DNA of 64,000 bases from Octopus vulgaris (GCA_951406725.2 OX597829.1:12648001-12712000), one strand, 5' to 3'. Positions 45,763 to 59,165 are shown, counted from the stretch's first letter. The notes: generated by a model not told the origin, from the sequence alone. Program-made: numbers and translations.

Positions 45763-47600
45763 ATATTAAATTAGAAATAAAACTACTATTAGGCAAATCA
45801 AACAGTAAAAATAATAAGGCAATACATAGAAATAAAATCAATTACAAAAATATAAAAAATATAAAATATAAAATATAAAAATCCAATTAAAATATTTAAA
45901 TTAAAGTTAAAATTTAAAAACATTATTTAAATTAATAACTTAGACTTATAAATTTTAAATACATATATATATATATATTTATTATTATTTTATTTATTTA
46001 TTTATTAATATTTTTTTTAAACTATCAAAATGTATTAAAAGTTTAATATAAGATAAAGAGTATAAACACTACGATCGTTTCGTGCCCGTAACCAATTCGA
46101 ATAATAATAATAATAATTTAAATTCAATTAATAATTCGAATTATGGTTACAGTCAATCTTCAGATTAATTGTAATATTTTAATAAATAATCAGAAATATT
46201 TAAACAATATTTTTTAAGAAATAAATAATATAATATATTTTCTTATAAAAACTCTATTATCAAACTAGAAACTTAACGATCATGATTATGTCAAAACAAC
46301 GATTATAATGTTAAATATTAATTTTAATTTTTAAGTATTAATTTTTAAGGTAAGAAACCCACCAATAATCTAATATCAATAATAGTCAATATCTAATTAC
46401 ATAAATATTTTACAAAAAATGACTATTCATATTATTAAAATATAAAATTTAAATAATATATAAATTATCAATGGAAATATATAAATGTATATAAATATTA
46501 TAATTAAGATCTAAAATAATCTCTATAAATAAATATATATGCACATATAATAAAGACCTAATAAATTAATTTTTCATATTTAAAGATGAAATAGCTAATT
46601 TCAAAAATACAAATAAACAATCTTAAACGAACGCTATAGCAAATTAACTATCTTTATATCTCGTTGGCTAAATAATAACTTTCAAAAATCTTATATTTAA
46701 AAAACTTAAAGAAATAATCAATTCGTAGTTATATTATATCAAATAAATACTATAAATATATTTATCAATGGGAATATAATAAAGCTAGCAAATAACAATT
46801 TAAAAGGACAATATATAAGTTAAAATAATAATTATATAAAATTTAAAACTACAATTAATGCTATTAATACATGTATATACATGAATCTAACTTAAAACAA
46901 CTCGTATACTTACTATCAAACAACATATATATCGCTAAGTAAGTTCTTACGAATAGACTTAAAGTTAATATCTAATAATTATATAGAAAATTACGATAAT
47001 TAGCTAAACAATGATATTTACATAAACAAACAATAATATAATACCATACGACTTATAAAATATGAAAATTTAAAATTTAAAGATCTTAAATATAAATAAA
47101 TACTTAGCTTAGCGAGGTTTTGCGATGTACTAAAATTTTGAATCGGAAAACGTCTTTACAGCGTTTATAAGAATACTCGTGGAATTACGTTATTAGCAAA
47201 AAAAGAATAAATTGTTGAAGAATTCATTAAGCGTGAGGAACAAATACGCTTTATCAATGAAGATTGTGAATGGGAACAGTTGTGGTTTATCAATAAATGT
47301 AAATAGAATGAAATCACAATGAAGAATAGAATCACTCTATACTATAAGATTTATTAATAAATAACTATCATAAATAATACTTACAGAATAGATTAAATAA
47401 TTAAAAACCACTAATTATTATATATACTCTAAAAATCTTATAAGATTAATAAATATATAAAAAGTTATTATAGTAACCCCTCAACGTACTATTAAATTCT
47501 TTCCCAAATACTCTTATAATTAAAGCTAAAACTAGTGATCATAACCAAAATCTCTAAAATACTTATCAAGATTTGACGTATAACTATACAGGCGTATACA
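45763..47600 (-). mobile_element. Extremely AT-rich Penelope-pLTR-related remnant
   Basis: Starts tattaaattagaaataaaactactattaggcaaatc like 38703; contains a hammerhead motif; right boundary uncertain. Confidence 0.5.
46067..46167 (-). ncRNA. Degenerate hammerhead motif with long stem II
   Basis: CTGAAGA ttgactgtaacca...tggttacgggcac GAAA cgatcg TA gtg; stem I poorly paired. Confidence 0.55.
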
Positions 47601-47837
47601 TATATATATAAATATACATACATATATATTTGAGTAGTTGAATGAATTATCTTATTAAGGATAATTCGAAAGATAACCGATACCTGGGTAGCAAATTCAC
47701 ATCAGAAAGAACACGGTTGAAGTTACGTCCCTAGGGCATAGACTACGTGCTTTCGTGCGGAAATTTGTATGTTTATTTTTAAAATATCAGTTTATGAAAG
47801 AATAGAGTTGAACGACTTGTTAACAAATTTCCTTTAT

Positions 47838-47918
47838 TTTCGACATATGTTTCGAAGGCTGCATATTCCTAATCCCGAAGGAATAAAGAGTACATTATGC
47901 AGATTTCTCATCAGGAAA
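47838..47918 (-). ncRNA. Type I hammerhead ribozyme, canonical core with GUC site
   Basis: tttc CTGATGA gaaatctgcata...tatgcagccttc GAAA catatg TC gaaa. Confidence 0.8.
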
Positions 47919-48077
47919 GGCAAGGAACTTATGTCGACATCAAAATGCACAAAAAACTTTTAGCTGACTGCTCTCAAGGAGCCCATGGCGATAATGAGTG
48001 TCTGTTTATAAGGAGTGACGTCAGAGTGGCTGAATGTAGAAGAATCTAGAAGGATCTAAAGGTTCAAGGGTTCAACA

Positions 48078-51000
48078 CTTATATAAAACTTAGATAAAAC
48101 TTAGATATGTTTCGACCAAAGATTGGTCCAGGCCATGTCTAACTTAATAACACCACCTGATAGGATTATTCGAATCCTGTTTAAGTCAGGTTTTGTTTAC
48201 GGTCCATTTAAGTAGTAAGTTGCATCCAATTATGGGTGGCTTATCTGGTATTCTTTGAAGGAATCTATCCAGACTCCGTTTAAAGTTGATGGGATCCTTT
48301 TCCTCTTTGATCTCCCTCGGGACAATGTTAAATAGGGCGGGGCCTGTTGAGGAAAAGAAATTATGTTGCAGTGTACATGTATGCTGTGATCTTGAATTGG
48401 GCAGGGGACGTATGGCCCGTGGTCCCAGTCTTGGATGAACCTTGAAGCTAATGTTAAGGTCATTTGGGCAAAGTTGGCGGTATATTCTCCACATCGTACA
48501 AATGATGTACCGCTCACGGCGACGCTGGAGAGAGTAAAGTTTCAAGGCTTTAAGGCGATCCCAATAATCGAGAGCAGCCATGCCTTCAATTCGTTTAGTG
48601 AGTGCCCTCGAGATGTTTTGTCTTGTATGGGGAGACCACAGTGGGCAGCAATATTCAAGGTGTGGCCGTACAAAGGAGGAGAAAAGTGGTATGATGACAC
48701 CTTGTTCTCTGGACCGGATAGTTCTTAAGATCCAGGAACTCATCCTACGAGCTATATCGACCTTATTGTTGATGTGTGCACTCCAACTGAGATCGTCATC
48801 AACAATTACACCCAGGTCTCTGATATTGATAGAGGCTGTGAGCGGTTCCCTTGAAGGAAGAGAGTATGGCTGTTTTAGTGAGGAATTTCTTCCAAAATGC
48901 ATCAGCTCAAATTTTCCTTCATTCAGTTGCATTTTGTTTCTGTCTGCCCATTGACTCACAGTATACAGATCAGACTGGATTTGAGTTCGGTCTGCTTCTT
49001 CATTGACGATTTGCAGGAGCTTAGTGTCATCAGCAAATATTTTCACTTTACAGTAATGTACGACACTGGAAAGGTCGTTTATGTAAATTATGAAGAGTAG
49101 CGGATCCAAGACAGTCCCCTGGGGAACACCGCTGGGCTTAAGTGAACTCCATCAACTACAACATGTTGTGTTCTATTCGCCAGGAAATACTTAATCCAGT
49201 GTAGAACTTTTCCACGGATTCCAACATTTGCCAATTTTGAGCGTAGGATATTATGTCGAACGCTTTACTGAAGTCAAGATATATGACGTCAGAGTTCGAA
49301 CCTGTTCCCAAGGCTTTGAGTACATCTTCAATGTGGTGTAAGAGCTGTGTTAGACAGTTCCTGCCACAGCGAAAGCCATGCTGATTTGCATTTAGGAGTT
49401 TGTGGGTCTCCAGGAAGTCAGCTATCCTTGATCTTAACACTCTTTCAAACACTTTAATGATGTGGGAGGTGAGTGAGATTGGGCGATAGTTGACTGCGAG
49501 GGATCTGTTTCCATGTTTGAAAACCGGGATGACCGACTGGAATAGAAACTGTTTCGGTATATAACCTGCGTCTAACGAATTTCTCCAGAGGTTGGTCAGA
49601 GGGACTGCAAGTTGGTGTCTACATTCCTTCAGGAGACTAGCGGGGAATCTATCAGGGCCTATAGCAGAGTAGTATTTGATCTCATTTATTGCTGCTACGA
49701 TGTCAGTGGCAGTGAAGGTTATGTCTGAGATTTTATGTTGGGAGTCAACTTCGTTCGCTTCTCTTACGTCAATATCGGTGGGAACACTAAAGACAGAGCA
49801 GTATTGTTTCTGCAGTATTTCTGCCATTTCTTTAGCATCGTGTTGGGGAATGCCGTTATCATCAATCAATGGCCCCATGGGTGAGACAGTGGTTCTATGC
49901 TTATTTGCATAAGAATAGAACACTTTTGGGTTCTGTTTGATGTTTTTGATTACCCACTGTTCCTCCACAGCTCTTGATTTTCAATGGAGGTTTTCATGTC
50001 GGTCTGCAGATGAAGTTTTTCCAGCTCTAGCCTTTTCATTGTTGTTGAATGTGGATGTTGTGTGTGGGAATATTTTAATTGGTTGATTTTTTTGTTGAGT
50101 CTTTTGATGCGCCTGATGAGTGTTTTTTTTCTTTTTAGGAGCCGGTTTCTGTTTGTGTTAGTAGATTTCGTGGGAGCGTGTTTAGAGCATGTATAGGTGA
50201 AAATGTTTTCAAAGTGCTGCCACGCGGTCTCAATATGAGAGGAATTGAGAGTAAAAGACAAGTCGATGGAAGACAGATCCTTTCTGATTGTTCCCCAGTC
50301 CGCTTTGTGGAAGTTTATGTTGTCAAATGGGTGCCATGGAGTGGGATTGGCTGGTTTGGTTTTTATATGTCGGGAATTAAAATTGCAGAGTACCATGTCG
50401 TGGTCTGAGAGGAGAGTTTTTTCAACTGAAATACTGTGAACGAAGCTAGAGTGATTGGTCAATACCAGATCCAAGGTCGCTTTATTCTGCCTCGTTGGTT
50501 CGAGTACTAGCTGAGTCAGGAAGTATTCATCCATCAGATTAAAGAGCAGTTCTACTGCTGCTCTATCTGATGTAGAGCACTTGCCTAACTTCAGAGCATT
50601 TGTGGGCCAGTTCACATGAGGGAGGTTAAAATCACCCATCACTAGTATGTTTCCGGAGTGGTACTTCCGAAGGAAGGATTTGACTTTGCTAAGGCACTCT
50701 TCAAAGCACTTTAGAGGTGCCTGGGGAGGCCTGTAAAGACCAACAATGATTATGTCCTTGGCTTTGCTGAATAGTGATACATATTCACAATAGCCATTGG
50801 AAAATATGTCCTTGACATCAAATGAAAAGGAGTCATGGATAAAGATGGCTGCCCCTCCCTTATTTCGGTCTGTGCGATCCGCACGAACAATGGTGAAATC
50901 TTTTATTTTCATCTCGGCGTCCATATGGGTGTTGTTCAGATGAGTCTCTGTAAGGATAAAGAAAGGGAAGCAATGTGCCGTTTCGGGAAGCCAACTCTCT

Positions 51001-51715
51001 ATATATGGGATCTTCCATTTTTGGGCAGTAATTGATGGGTTGATGCCACGTGCATTTAACAGGAATGTCGAGGTAAGGGAAGTTTGATGTTTGCATTGTT
51101 CTAAGTTATGTTTTATGTTGTTCAGTGGTAACAACGTAGGTAGTTCTTGTATGGAGCTGTGTGTGTATGATTTTCTTGTTGGTAATGGGTGAGTGGTCCT
51201 TGTGATTTGCATAGGTGGTTGCTGATAGCTCGCTGGATCTCCCGGCTTAGGTCGGCCTTCATATTTTCTAGGTATGTCAGTAAAAAAGAGTTACTTGTTT
51301 GGTTTTCCACTTGGTCAGATAATACATATTTCATGTTGGCGTTATTTGGTGTTTTTTCATGGTTCTGTCTACGTTGTTTGATTGTAGGAGGGGAAACGTG
51401 GTTGTATTTTGTCCTTGTTGTTGTCTTAGATTTCCGCTGTTCCTGTTTATATTTATTCTGTGATCGTTTTGTGCCCTTCAGATGATGGTGGTGCATTCTG
51501 GGTTCAGGCACATCCTTTGTGACACAGACGTTTGGCACAGTTTAGGATGGAATAAGGTGCATCCATTGCCTTTTGTGCATCCGTATTTAGGATCAGGTCC
51601 ATGAACTCTGTATTTAGGACAGTATTTGGGGTGGAGGTGGGGGCAGTTTTTTCCGTTATACCATATGGACAGGTGCCCTTAACAAGTCTACGACATAAGG
51701 TAGGATGGGAAAAAG
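48078..51715 (-). mobile_element. CR1-group LINE: ORF1 remnant + frameshifted APE-RT ORF2
   Basis: LLNARGI, LTETHL, GDFNLP, TLDLV, SDH; NYRPISL, QHGF, YLDFSKAFD, PQGTVL, FADDTK; tail (aaacttagat)n. Confidence 0.9.
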
Positions 51716-52485
51716 CATATATATATATACATACATACATACACATACATACATACATGCACATACATACACATACACATATATACACACACCCATAAAC
51801 ACACACATAAATAAATGTATAAACATATACATATATATACACGTACATAAACATATACACCTATATACATACATACACACACAAACACATATATCATATA
51901 AATAAATACGTATATAAATGTCTAAATTCATACTTCAATACAAACATAGAGGTAAAAATTAAGTTTAATCTATATATTCTATCTAACTAATCTATAATTC
52001 TATATTAAATAAAATAGATTAAATAAACATCCAACTTAATCTATTTCAAATATAAAGAGATTATATACATATAGATTAATTTAACAAAATTATAACAGAA
52101 ATATAACAAAATATATAAACTTAACTTTATTATAAGATAAATATATATATATATATATCATATATCATATTATTAATACTCAACACTATTATGAAGTAAT
52201 AAATTTATAAAATTAATAGCATATTACATTATTTTTTTTAATATAATATATAAAAAATTTAAAAAACCATGTAATAAGTACCATAAATCACCTACTATAT
52301 TTTAGATTAATACTATTACATAAATCAACAAATAAGGAGCTAACTATTGTTATTATTTATATTTATATATATATATATATATTGACCGACCAGGCTATCA
52401 GATGTTGCTTACACATCGCTGGTCACAATGCGCTTCGCATTGTTTTAGCCTTCAAATGACGCCACGCCGCTGGCTAAGTGAACAG

Positions 52486-52521
<36 letters not shown>

Positions 52522-52704
52522 ACCTTCGACGAAATAACAGTCATATATATAACTTGGGCACACATATCAGTACCTAAACATACGTTGACATATACATACA
52601 CATATATACATGTCTAACACTTATGTAATTACTCAAATGCATACGCATGTACACATAAGTATATGTACATACATACATGCACACATATACATACATTAAT
52701 TATA

Positions 52705-52740
<36 letters not shown>

Positions 52741-53619
52741 AACAACAAAAAATGGGACAAGAGCTTAGCAAGCGACAACATAACATTTGTTTGGCGATAC
52801 AAAAAGGGCAGGAAAAAAACAAGGACGGGACATTCGGAGTTTTGAATCTTCAGTCGAGTACCAGATCGTCTTTTCAGTTTTGGCCGGTTACTTTCGAGAT
52901 TGCTCTAATCTGGGTGGCCCCAAGAAAATCTAAGCCAAGAGTACTAGATTCTTTGGAAGAAAGCAAGCGAATGTATACGAAAACAAGGTCGAAAATAAAC
53001 GGAGAAATGGAACACGATTACAAATACAAATAACAGGACATTAATAACAGTTGCTTTTCGACTAAAGACGAATTAAATTTAGCTGGTGTGTGCAGAAGTG
53101 AAGCCTTTCGGCAGGAACATAGGAGATGAAAGTCATGGGAAGAAATACGAGGGATGCTGCACGGATGGTAGTCAAACCAAGAAAGATCGGAATGTTCTGT
53201 TGTCGTCTGTTACATTCGTGTTCCATTTTTTTCATACATACATACACATTCATTCATATATAGATACATACATACATACATACATACATACATACATACA
53301 TACATACATACATACATACATACATACATACATACATACATACATACATACTTACATACATACATAAAGAAAGAAACAAATAAACATATCATGAATTTAC
53401 TTTCTCAGATGCAGCACGAAATTTTGCCAGTAAACAGGTTGCGGTTAAAAAGTGACGAAAATATTTTGACACAAATTAAATTCAAATTTTAAAGCGAATT
53501 TAACGGTTTTGTGTGTCCTTAAATGGCTAATAAACACCTTCCGCGCTGCAATAGTTTTGTTTCAGTACATGATTTCAGATCAAGTCACTTGCTATGCAAA
53601 TACATCTCCATAATATATA

Positions 53620-54491
53620 TATATATATAATTCTAAAATTACTACGAAAAAACATAATACACAAATATACTCAAATTCACAACATACTTAAACTAGTTTT
53701 GCAATTCTTTATTGTTTATTTCATAAATATTTTCGGAATGATAAGTATAATATTTATTTAAGAAATAATGGAATAATTTATTTATTTATTTATATGTTTG
53801 AAAAAATATGGATTTCTATTTGTTAATTATAATTTAGATAGTACTTTTATTTAATTTATAATTTTATTATTTTATAATTATTGTATGTGAACTAAAATCT
53901 AAAAGTATTAAGTGTGATTGTTTTGTAAAATAGTTTGTAATGTAAAATATTAGAGTATAGCTAGTGAAAAGATATTCTATAGTTTGTTAATGTTATTCTT
54001 AAAGCTAAGTTGTCTTCCCAGATAAATACATTTTCTATCTATTTACTCTATTTTTTACCTTTGGTTTTTATCATCAAATTTAGTTAACTGAGTTTCTTCT
54101 ATAAGAAGAATCATGATTTTATTTCTTTAAGAAATATTGTCTAATTCTACTTGATTATTCATTTAACTATTATTGTTATTATTGTTGACCTGAGGAGTGA
54201 CTATACTCATAAATTAAATTGTTTTTCGATTAAATTTAAATTTAATTGTAATTCGAATTGAAATTATAGCCATGAAATGTACGCAGTCTTCTTACTTATT
54301 GTTTACTCATATTTGTTCGTTTTGTGATCTAGTTATATATTTTATTTTCTCTTTATGATTTCGTTTATGTCTATCATTGGTTGAATTACATAATAGTCGT
54401 TTTTCCCTAATTTATATATTTTATATATTTATAATGTGAAATTTGATTAATACTAATTTGAATTTTTCCCTGTAAGTTTGAGTTATACTCC

Positions 54492-54495
<4 letters not shown>
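53620..54495 (+). mobile_element. AT-rich Penelope-pLTR-related element
   Basis: Shares its 3' tail with 39025-39050 and carries a hammerhead motif. Confidence 0.5.
54187..54288 (+). ncRNA. Degenerate hammerhead motif
   Basis: gac CTGAGGA gtgactata...tatagccat GAAA tgtacg CA gtc. Confidence 0.55.
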
Positions 54496-54527
<32 letters not shown>

Positions 54528-54800
54528 GGGGACGTAAACACAACAACATCGGTTGTCAGGCAATGTTGGGGACAGAGACGCACAAACACATACACACATA
54601 CATACACACACAAACAACACACACACATGCACAAACACACACGCACACACACACACACATATATATATATTTATATGGCAGGCTTCTTTCAGTTTCCGTC
54701 TACTAAATCCACTCACAAGTTTTGGTCGGCCTGAGGCTACAGTAGAATACACTTGCCCAAGGTACCATGCAGTGAAACTGAACTCGGAACCAGGTAGGAA
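54528..54800 (-). mobile_element. tRNA-SINE fragments separated by (AC)n
   Basis: Reverse complement similar to 37950-38073 and 38490-38525. Confidence 0.65.
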
Positions 54801-54929
54801 GCTACTTCATTTAATCAAATTTGCCATAGAGGCAGTACAAAGATGGGTAGCTTTGCGGGCTGGACAAGACATTGATGAGGCGAATGATAAAAATGGGAGA
54901 AGACAGAAAGAGTCCGCCGATCCCTGCTT

Positions 54930-56500
54930 CTCTATAACATTGTTCATTTAAAAAGACACATTTTAAGGTAATAATCCTCTTATAGAGATAACAACAATAT
55001 TAATGCACATTTACACATTTCGGCGCTATGTCTATTCTTTTTCGCCCCCGACCAGGCTGTTGGCTGCCCATAGGTACTGCCTCGAAACCCGGTCGGGGTC
55101 CCAAATTACAATTCTATACCAGTCCTTCATAAAGGAGCCCGCCACCAGTCAAGGCTAAGGGCTCATCCCTCAAAACTCGCTTCCTTAGGAAGCTTTCTAT
55201 TGCCCCTTCCTTCAGAAAGAAAACGATAAACTCGTCTTCCTTCCTTCTGGGATGGGCCACTGCTCCCTCTGTCGAAGGCACACTTCCCACCGACAGAGAT
55301 TCGGGGCACGCTGGCAGTTGATCGTCAACTCCCAGCGATGTCCCATTCTTTTTCTTTTTTTCTCTTCTTGACGGGAGGGTGTAGTTTCTCGAACTTGTCC
55401 GGGAGTCGATCCTTCCCTCCCACCGCCTCTGAATCCATCTTTCTTTTTTTTCCTTTCGAGGGGGTTACCTCCTCCTCAACCTCTCCCTCCGTTATATGAT
55501 CAGGAGTCTCCGTTGGAGGAAAAACATCCTCCTCTATTAATTTCTCTAGTGCCCTTGCTTGGTTCTTGGGGCAATTCTTCTTGATGTGGCCCGATTTCAG
55601 GCATAAGTGACACTTTGTGGTGGGCGTCCCTCAAGAGTCACCGGGTACCTAGAACCGGCCATCTTTAGAAATCTGGGAAAACCAGATCTTTGGCTGATTG
55701 GGTCCATAGGGTCAAAATTGCTTTCGACCCCACCCAATCAGCCACAGGAAGCATTCTAACATTCAAGAGCCTGGCTCTGCTGCCACCCAGACCCCGGCAG
55801 ACAGTGTCCTCTATCCACTCAGGCTCTATTCCGAGGGCTGACTAGCGAACATGCTAGCCTCTTTAGGGGTATCAAACAGCAACCACCCTGTTGAAAATTT
55901 GGCACTCCTTGCAATATACTTGATTGTTGGCAGGTATGTTGCCAACTCTTTTTCAATTTCAACCTGAGAGAACACAGTAATGGTGTCAAGGAACGTGGAG
56001 CATGTCCTCAACACCACCATTCTCTCATTACGGTCCTCTAACCACTGCTTGGGGGGCACAATCACCCACACCAGCACAGTGGTTTTCTTTGTTGCCATAA
56101 TTTAAAACCACAAAGAAAGAAAAGGAGTTCAACAAAAAGTTCAAATGTTCTAAATAAAAGTTCAGTAATAAACACAAAAAAAGAACGGAAAGACAGAGCA
56201 GAGAAAAAGAACGAAGGAAGACAGTTCAATACACGGCAACACAATTCCGCAACTCCGGTAATCCGCAATAATACAGGGTACTCCAGTTGCAGCACAAATT
56301 AGTCCTTCTTTCCTTGGCACTCCTTGCCCGTGGTAAATCCAGTGGAACAAAACAGTAACACAAAGACAATTTTCAGAAATAAATTAATTTTTGCGGAGGG
56401 GCTACGCCTCCTCAAAAACACAATTCTCACTGCAAAGTGAGTCTTTACGCACGACCACAGGCAGACTGTTGCTCACCAAAAAGTATTAAACACATGGCAA
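54930..56500 (-). mobile_element. Decayed L1/Tx1-like ORF1-only element
   Basis: Zinc knuckle TKCHLCLKSGHIKKNCPK at ~55565-55620; no ORF2 seen; boundaries approximate. Confidence 0.55.
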
Positions 56501-56808
56501 CAAACTCCGCTAAGCCCCCCACCCCCAAATATGACAAACGCCTACCTGTAGTCGAGCTTCAACGTTCAATTTTCACGACGAAAGACGTGAAGAGAGGTTA
56601 TGAGAGGTGATGATGTCAATAAGACCCAACGGTATAAGGTAATGCAGAGTAAATGGTATGGACAGACTATAGTTAAGTTCCGGGTTCGGTGATTATGCGA
56701 ATGAGGAATCCAACGTTGGTCATATATCAGCATGTGTATATATATAAAAATTAACAGAATAAGATAAAAATCCAAGGCGGTGAAAGATTTCAGAACATTT
56801 ATAAAGAG

Positions 56809-56856
56809 GTCTTACAGCTGTTTCAGAGATATTTAATATATCCCTTCATCGGAGAC
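56809..56856 (-). ncRNA. Hammerhead motif (CCGATGA variant), left arm
   Basis: gtct CCGATGA agggatatattaaatatctct GAAA cagctg TA agac. Confidence 0.72.
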
Positions 56857-56992
56857 GCTGTGAGATATTGGTTAAGCAATAGTTATTCTAGATAAGATAT
56901 GAAATAGAGTGAAGTCTATTTTAATTCCTCCACTCCATTCTCTATTTCATATCTTATCTAGAATGACTATTGCTTAACCATCTTCTCACACC

Positions 56993-57043
56993 GTCACCGA
57001 TGAAGGGATATATAAAAATATGTCCCAGAAACAGCTGTATGAC
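56993..57043 (+). ncRNA. Hammerhead motif (CCGATGA variant), right arm
   Basis: gtca CCGATGA agggata...tgtccca GAAA cagctg TA tgac. Confidence 0.72.
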
Positions 57044-57761
57044 CTTCTATTTATAAATGTTCTGAAATCTTAAACAGCTTTGGATTTTTATCTCATTCGG
57101 TTAATTTTATATATATATAAATATGTATACATTTAAACATCCTTATCGGTATTTGTCATAGTGGCATATTTTAGTCACACACACATACATGCATACATAC
57201 AAGCATAGTTATTCATACGTATATAAAGGCTGAATATATGCAAAAGATAAACCCCAAAAATATCATAACGTGATGTACAACGAAATATTTATTAATTTAA
57301 CCTCACCTACAAGGCGATGAATGTTTAGTTACTGTTTCTATCAGACTGAAGGAGAAGACACATGTTTCTCGTAATTGCTGGTTCCTTTTTTTCAATATTA
57401 TTTTTTCGTATTTTCGCATTATTTGTATAGAATGAATGTATAAATACATATTCGCTCACACACAAATACATGCGCGCGCGCGCAAACACACACGCACCAC
57501 ACATAGACATATTTTATATCTTTTTCAGTTTTTTTTTATTAGACTGTGGCCATGCAGGGACACCATCTTTTAAGAATATTTTAGTCGAATGGCTCGACCC
57601 CAGTTCTTTCTTTTTAAGCCTTGCACTTATTCTATCGTACATTTTTGCTGAACCGTTAAGTTATGGGGGTGTAAACACGTCATCACCAGTCGTCAAGCAG
57701 TAAAAGAAGGACAAACATAGACACACAGGCGCCGGCGCACACACACACAGACGCTTATATA

Positions 57762-57820
<59 letters not shown>

Positions 57821-57823
<3 letters not shown>

Positions 57824-58346
57824 TTCAGGTGCCTTGTCCCGGCTTGGAGGGGTGATTGCCTCCCCTTTGCAAATATAAGGACACAGAAAATGTATCAAAG
57901 CCGATAGGAGACGTCGATGTTTCCTAGGGCTAAATGGCGGTGATGTAATTCCCTCACGGGACTGTCACATTGAGTTGACAGTATAAGACCATTATATCGC
58001 TTCACCACCGCTTATGTCTCTCTGAGACATTTAGAAATTCAATATTTCTAATTTCGGTGATCAGTAAATAAAAGTTACTGATAATATGATATATTTGCAG
58101 AGAGGTTGCAGTCATCTCAGCGAGCGAGGCAGGCTGCCCTGAACTGACGACGAGCAATAGACTCAGAAACATAAGTCTTCAGGTGCTTAGTCCTAGTTGG
58201 CGGGAGTAATTGCCTCCCCTTTGCAAATATAAGGACACAGAAAATGTATCAAAGCCGACAGGAGACGTCGATGTTTCCTAGGGCTAAATGGCGGTGGTGT
58301 AATTCCCTTACGGGACTGTCACATTGAGATGACAGTATACGACCAC
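57821..58346 (+). mobile_element. Retrozyme-like element: 1.5 tandem copies of a 354-bp hammerhead-bearing unit in (TA)n
   Basis: 57821-57992 repeats at 58175-58346; no ORF. Confidence 0.75.
58138..58183 (+). ncRNA. Type I hammerhead ribozyme, GUC site
   Basis: cctgaa CTGACGA cgag-caataga-ctca GAAA cataag TC ttcagg; 6-bp stem I. Confidence 0.78.
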
Positions 58347-58370
58347 TATATATATATATATATACACATC

Positions 58371-58530
58371 CGACGGGCCTCTTTCAGTTTCCAGTTGCCA
58401 AATTCAATCAAACGGCTTCGGTCATCCTGAGGCTAAAGTAGAAGATACCTGTCCAAGTTGCTACGCGGTGTGACTGAACGCGGACCCTTGTGGTTGGGAA
58501 GCAAGTGTCTTTATCACAACACCCATGCCT
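58371..58530 (-). mobile_element. tRNA-derived SINE, 5' part
   Basis: Reverse complement similar to 37908-38073. Confidence 0.7.
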
Positions 58531-58989
58531 ATACATGTGCGTGTGCATGCATGCATGTATGTATGCATGTATGTATATATCAGCGAAGGGAACAGAGGGT
58601 GAAGCGAGAGAAAACGAAAAACAACATACAAAATGATCGTGAAAGAGGGTTGGGCGTGTGACAGAGATACATAGGGAATCAACTAGACACTGATGAAGTG
58701 ATTTAGAGATATAGAGAAGGAGGAAGGGAGAAAGGCGAGGAAAGAAATGTCAACTGGGAGACAAAGTGAGAGAGAAGTATTACTAAGAGTCGATGGGGGG
58801 TTACACAATATCAATTGGCACATGTTTATCTTAAATGAATCATGATGCCCATATCCAACCACTCAAACTTAGACACACAAGACAAAACCATATACGTATA
58901 TGTGTGTATATGTGTAAATACATACATTTACGTATATATATAAAGACATATATTTGTGTGTGTGTATGCCTTTGTGTCTGAGTCTGTGT

Positions 58990-59165
58990 CTGTCCACCAT
59001 CCACCGTTTGACAACCGGTATAAGTGTGTTTACGTCCCAGTGCCTTATCGGTAGAATAAGTATCGGGCTTACAAAAAAATAAGTCATAAATTCAACTTGT
59101 TCAGCTAAAACCCTTCAAGGCGGTGCTCCAGCATGGCTGCAGTGAAATAGCTGAATCATGTGAAA
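58990..59165 (+). mobile_element. SINE 3' part
   Basis: Homologous to 38480-38660. Confidence 0.7.

Larger units (their letters stand above)
56738..57118. mobile_element. Fold-back element (~170-bp inverted arms), one hammerhead per arm
   Basis: 56738-56909 is an imperfect reverse complement of 56940-57118. Confidence 0.8.

Noticed and set aside
45763-47600. Mitochondrial insertion (NUMT) suggested by AT richness
   Set aside because: No recognisable mitochondrial gene, tRNA or rRNA motif; the terminus matches a local repeat family
52820-52860. Hammerhead-like CTGAAGA...GAAT...GTC on the minus strand
   Set aside because: GAAA and the stems are too degenerate to support a call
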